From: Mantamonas sphyraenae STR306
Taxonomy: Eukaryota > Protista > CRuMs
Reading direction: 5' to 3'
Length of the DNA stretch: 64,000 bases
NCBI GenBank assembly: GCA_026936335.1
Contig: JAPMXV010000019.1
Location: forward strand, 62,001 to 126,000
The notes under the pieces are model-generated. The model was not told the DNA's origin. It was given only the letters and a program-made list of their open reading frames with translations, and ran no database searches. The first letter of the stretch is position 1, and each line of letters begins with the position of its first letter. The translations under genes and the position numbers were made by a program. Shown piece by piece: positions 59,933 to 64,000 of this stretch.

Positions 59933-62900
59933 ATGAGCGAGGAAGCGCTCCACATCGATGACCGGGATTTGCACTTTGAAATAGGTACGTGCATACACGT
60001 GATGGCATGGCAACACGAGCACGCTTGTGGGCCTCGGTGCGTGCCGTTTTCGAGCAAACCTCGAAAGCGAGCAAACGTGTAGCATGTGCCATGCGAATGC
60101 AGTGACGCACGCGGGGATGGGGGAAATAGCGCATGGTGCCCTATTGGGCGTTGGGGAGAGGAGGAGAATGGACGGGATGTGGTCTGACACCGCCGGTGTG
60201 TGCGTGGGGATTGCGCGGGGAAAACCGTTAGATGCACCCCGGGAGCTACGGGAGAAGCTGAGCACGCTTGCGGAACAGGTGCACCAGCTGGGCACGGAAG
60301 TGCACCGTGTGAATCTGTCGCTGGGCAAACGGGTGACCAAGACAGATGCGTTGGAGCTGCTGAATCGCAAGGCGGATTTGAGTGCGCAGGAGGAGCTTGC
60401 CAAGGTGGTGAAGCTGCGCTACGAGGAGGAGCAGGAGTACAGGAAGCAGGTGACGGAACAACTCAAGAGTGGACAGGGCAGCGTGGAGGCCAAATTGAAC
60501 GAGTTTACGCACAGCATGCAGACGAGTATGCAGAAGCTGAGCAGACGTGCACAAACGCTGGAGCGGCTGCGTGCAGAGGACCGGGAGTTTGTGCAATCGG
60601 GAGTGCCCCAGTGGATCGAAAACGCAGTGAGTGAGGTGAAAATGGCACAGGACAAAGGGTCGGCTGCGTTCAACCAGCTGGTGAGCAAGGTGCGCAAGCA
60701 GGTCATCAAGCAGCAGGAAACGGTGGACAGCCTGGAGAGCGAGGTCAAGAAGGAGCGGGTGCACACGCGTGCACGCATGGAAGAGTTTGAGCGCAACCTG
60801 AACAAAGCCTTGAAACATGGCATGGGAGGAGCGACAGGCATGACTCCAGACGAGATGCGCAACTTTGTCGACGACACACGCGACCAGATAAGCTCTATTC
60901 TCAAACGGGTGGAGGAGGAGCATGAAGTGACACGCTTGACGCTACAAGAACACACGGCGGCGTTGGAAGAGCTGCAAGGTACGCTGTCCGGGTACCAAAC
61001 GACATCGGAGACGAGCACAGAGCTGATGCGCCATCTGCGCGGACGACTGGACGACGTGGACGCCAATCAAGTGGCACAAGCGAACCGCATGCAGCTTCTC
61101 ACCGACTTGGTGGACGAGTTGGTGAGCAAGGTGGATGCAGGCGAGGCCAAGGAGGCCGAGTTGCAAGCAGCGGGTGGTGGAGGGGTGGTGACCCCAGCCG
61201 AGTTGGATAGGTATTTCGACATGTTGAACAAGAGTCTGGACAAGCGTGTGTCTGCAGTGTACCAGCGTTTGGAAGAGCAAACGGGCAAACGAGCGACGTC
61301 GCGGCCAAAGTCGAGAGCTGGCGGAGGCGGACGACGCGCAGCGTCCCGCGCGTCGTCGCGCATGAGCAACAGCTCGCGAGACGGCAGCGGAAGGGAAGCA
61401 TCATCGCCAGCCGGGTCGGACGGGATGGCCGAAATGGCGGATTTGAAGGTGGCGCTGCTGACCAAGCGGATTGAAGATTTGGAGAAGCGGCTGACGGAGC
61501 AAGCACATGCCCAGGCACAGGTTCAGGCGCACATTGGACGCGCACAGCCACACACGCCACCGGGGAGTGGAAGTGGAAGTGGATCGCGTGCGCGTAGTCG
61601 CAGTCGCGGGGGGGCCGGATCGGCGGGATCGAAAAAGCGAGTGGAGATGAGCGAGGGCGAGCTGAGCGGCCCTCGTGAGGCGTACCAGCGACCCACATCT
61701 GCACTGGGCAAGCGTCCAACAAGCGGCGGAGGCACAGGAAGGCCTCTGAGCGGAGGTGGAAGCGGCAGCAAGACGCGTGCCAAGACGTCGATGGGCCATC
61801 GGGATCGGTCGTCGTCGTTGCTGTCGGCCAACAACAGCGTGGGCGCGCGTCTGAAGCAGCTCGCGTCGCAAGAAGAGGAGACCCAGAACCAGCAGGAGGA
61901 TCAGGATCAGGAGCAGGATCAGGATGCGGCCGTACTTGTACATATCCAAGAAACGGAGGAGGACGCTGCCAACGAGAACGGAGACGAAGTGGTGGTGCTG
62001 GTGGGCGACGACGAAGAGAGCGACGCTGCGCTTGAAGAGGCGGAGCAGGAGGACAGGGTGGAGCTGAAGCCGCTGCCTGAAGGGGAGTATCTGAGCGCAC
62101 AGCGAGACGGGGCAGGAGAGGAGGAAGAGAGTGGGGCAGAAGACAGCGACCGGCCCAAGAGTGCTCTTCGTCTGCGCATGGAGGAGTTGCGCCGTTTGAG
62201 TCCACTGCCAGAGCGGCAGGGCAAGGAAGGACGCAGTCGAGCCAGCAGTCCTGGAGGGCACACACGCGCACGTAGCCGCAGCCGCAGTCGCAGCCGCGCT
62301 GGGTCGCAGGAAGGACCGAGTGGAGCAAGTGTGTTGTCGCTGTCCGACGTGGCTGGAAGGAAGGAGTACACGCCTGGTGGGTCGACACGCACAGCGGATC
62401 GGGGCTTGCGCGGGTTTTCGGCAGGGTCACGACCCACAAGTGGCAAGACGGTGCACAGCAACACGTCGACAGAGTCGGAAGAGGCGCTGGACGAGTGGCG
62501 TGAGGCGTTGCCAGAGGCGCACGGTGAATTGAACGAACAGGCGCTGCCGACGAGTGACTGGCGCCGCGTGCCCGACAGCGAGTTTCGTGTGCGCGATGGG
62601 TCGGCACAGGTGATCCACGAAATGCCGCGTACACCGCAACAGGGACAACCTGTGCGTGAGCCTGCCATGACGCCGGCAACGCCGCTGGCAGAGGGAAGTG
62701 GAGGGGAGGAGGTGAGCGAAGACGACGGCAGGCCGAATTCGAGCGAAGGGTTCCTGACAATCAGCGCAGCGCCTGCGGAGGGACGTGTGGCGCTTCCAAG
62801 TGTGGTGAAGGAGTACTCACGGTACCTGAAGGAGCTGGAGGGACGTCTGCGTCTTGTGGAGTCGACGGGCTTTGGTCAGAGCGAAAGCGCGTCGCAGCAG

Positions 62901-64000
62901 CTGGCGGAGGACATCACGCTGGTGATGCACAGTGTGCAGCTTCTGGAGGAGTCGCAAGGGGAATTGGCACGCAGGTTGCAGGAAGAAGTGGAGGATGTCA
63001 AGGCAGAGATCCGAACGCGCGTTCAAAACTCGCTGGAGAATGCATACAACGTGATGCACGACCAGCAGGAGCACATCACACGTCTGAAGGAGCAGGAACA
63101 AGAACACGAGCGTCGACTGGTATCGCTGCAACGGCAGCTGGACAACGAGTTTACGGCGCGGACGGAGCTTGCGGGCAAAGCGGGAGTTTGCGTTGAGTGC
63201 GACGGACGAGGCACTGCTTGCGTTGGAGGATGCACTGAGACTGGAGGTGCAGGCGCGCAAGAACAACATGGAAAAGTGGGCGGAGGAGCTGGAGACGCGC
63301 ACGCGAGAGGCGATGGAAGAGGTGCAGCAGGAGTTGCAGGAACGGCTGGCGACAAAGGCCGGAGTGGACGATGTCAAGTCGATGATTCGAGAGGCAGCAA
63401 CACGACTGGCAGGCGGCACGACGCCACGCATGACGTCGTCTTCGTCTGGACGAGGCATGCGACGCGGAAGCAGTGCCAGTGCGAGCGGGAGTTCGAGTGG
63501 GACACAACAGCAGCCACAGGATGCCAAGTTGCACGTGGGTGTGCCATCATCGTCCACAGAAACTGGCGGTTACGCAACCAGTGTGTCTGTGCCCAGTCCG
63601 GAAGCACGGCGGGTGAGCCAGGAAACGACAACGGTGACCTTGCTTCCCGGGCAGGAAAGCGGCAGCAGCTCAGAGTCACTGACGACAGAGGAAGGGAGCA
63701 CGAACAGCAGGAGCCAGCCGCACAAGAGTGTGTTTGCATCGCCCAGTCCCGAGTCGGACGATGAGTTGCAGGCGCTGGTGCGACAGAGCGAAGAGGTGTT
63801 TGGGGCGGTGCAGAAGCCGAATCCGCCTCCGAAACGCACACTGGGAGGGGGTGGAGGTGTTGGGGGAGCTAGTGGACGTGTGGATGTGAAGCAAATGGCC
63901 ATGGATCAGTCGATGGCACGTGCACAGGAGCAGCGTGCCAAGCGCACGGGGGTCAAGAAGCACGGAGGAGGAGGGATCAACGCAGCCAGTCGCGCGTGGG
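59933..64000 (+). CDS. Large coiled-coil protein with RP.S/SRSRS low-complexity regions; 3' end lies outside the window
   Basis: Exon 1 59933-59984, intron 59985-60231, then a long ORF. A 1-nt frameshift at an A run near 63178. The frame stays open to the window end. Confidence 0.75.

Noticed and set aside
1093-63178. Programmed ribosomal frameshifting, insertional RNA editing or mass pseudogenisation as the cause of split ORFs
   Set aside because: There is no shared slippery or stop motif, both +1 and -1 events occur, they sit at homopolymers, and the flanking sequence shows no decay.
1-64000. Stop-codon reassignment or non-canonical introns
   Set aside because: TAA, TAG and TGA all terminate conserved proteins, and every modelled intron is GT-AG.

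Overview
This is a gene-dense eukaryotic nuclear window (GC-rich, standard genetic code, GT-AG spliceosomal introns), most likely from a heterotrophic protist. A probable TPLATE (TSET complex) gene argues against an animal, fungus or choanoflagellate. I can model 28 protein-coding genes, two of which run off the window edges, with 37 introns. Recognisable genes are a Dispatched-like sterol-sensing protein, CWC25, p24/TMED2, ZnT6-like, DNA ligase IV, mitochondrial uL3, GCKR/MurQ-like, CocE/NonD hydrolase, TPLATE, BolA, PDHB, NERD1-like FG-GAP, Cullin-1, MRS2 with an EF-hand, D-cysteine desulfhydrase-like, ORMDL, CMC4-like, ALG9, RBBP6/Mpe1, START-GRAM and CPSF2. The rest are ankyrin, PH, Kelch, coiled-coil or orphan proteins. 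About 15 single-base frameshifts interrupt genes, nearly all at short homopolymers, and are most likely long-read consensus errors. The most notable non-coding signals are: (i) a multi-helix, pseudoknot-capable RNA-like structure inside the 651-nt intron of the START-GRAM gene; (ii) very short divergent gaps (60-110 bp ATG to ATG), each with a dyad motif near its centre; (iii) AATGAA at or just after many stop codons, a candidate poly(A) signal; (iv) CA-repeat tracts in place of polypyrimidine tracts; (v) an excess of introns whose length is a multiple of 3. I recognised no rRNA, tRNA, CRISPR array or transposase. All protein identifications come from motif recognition by eye, not from database searches.
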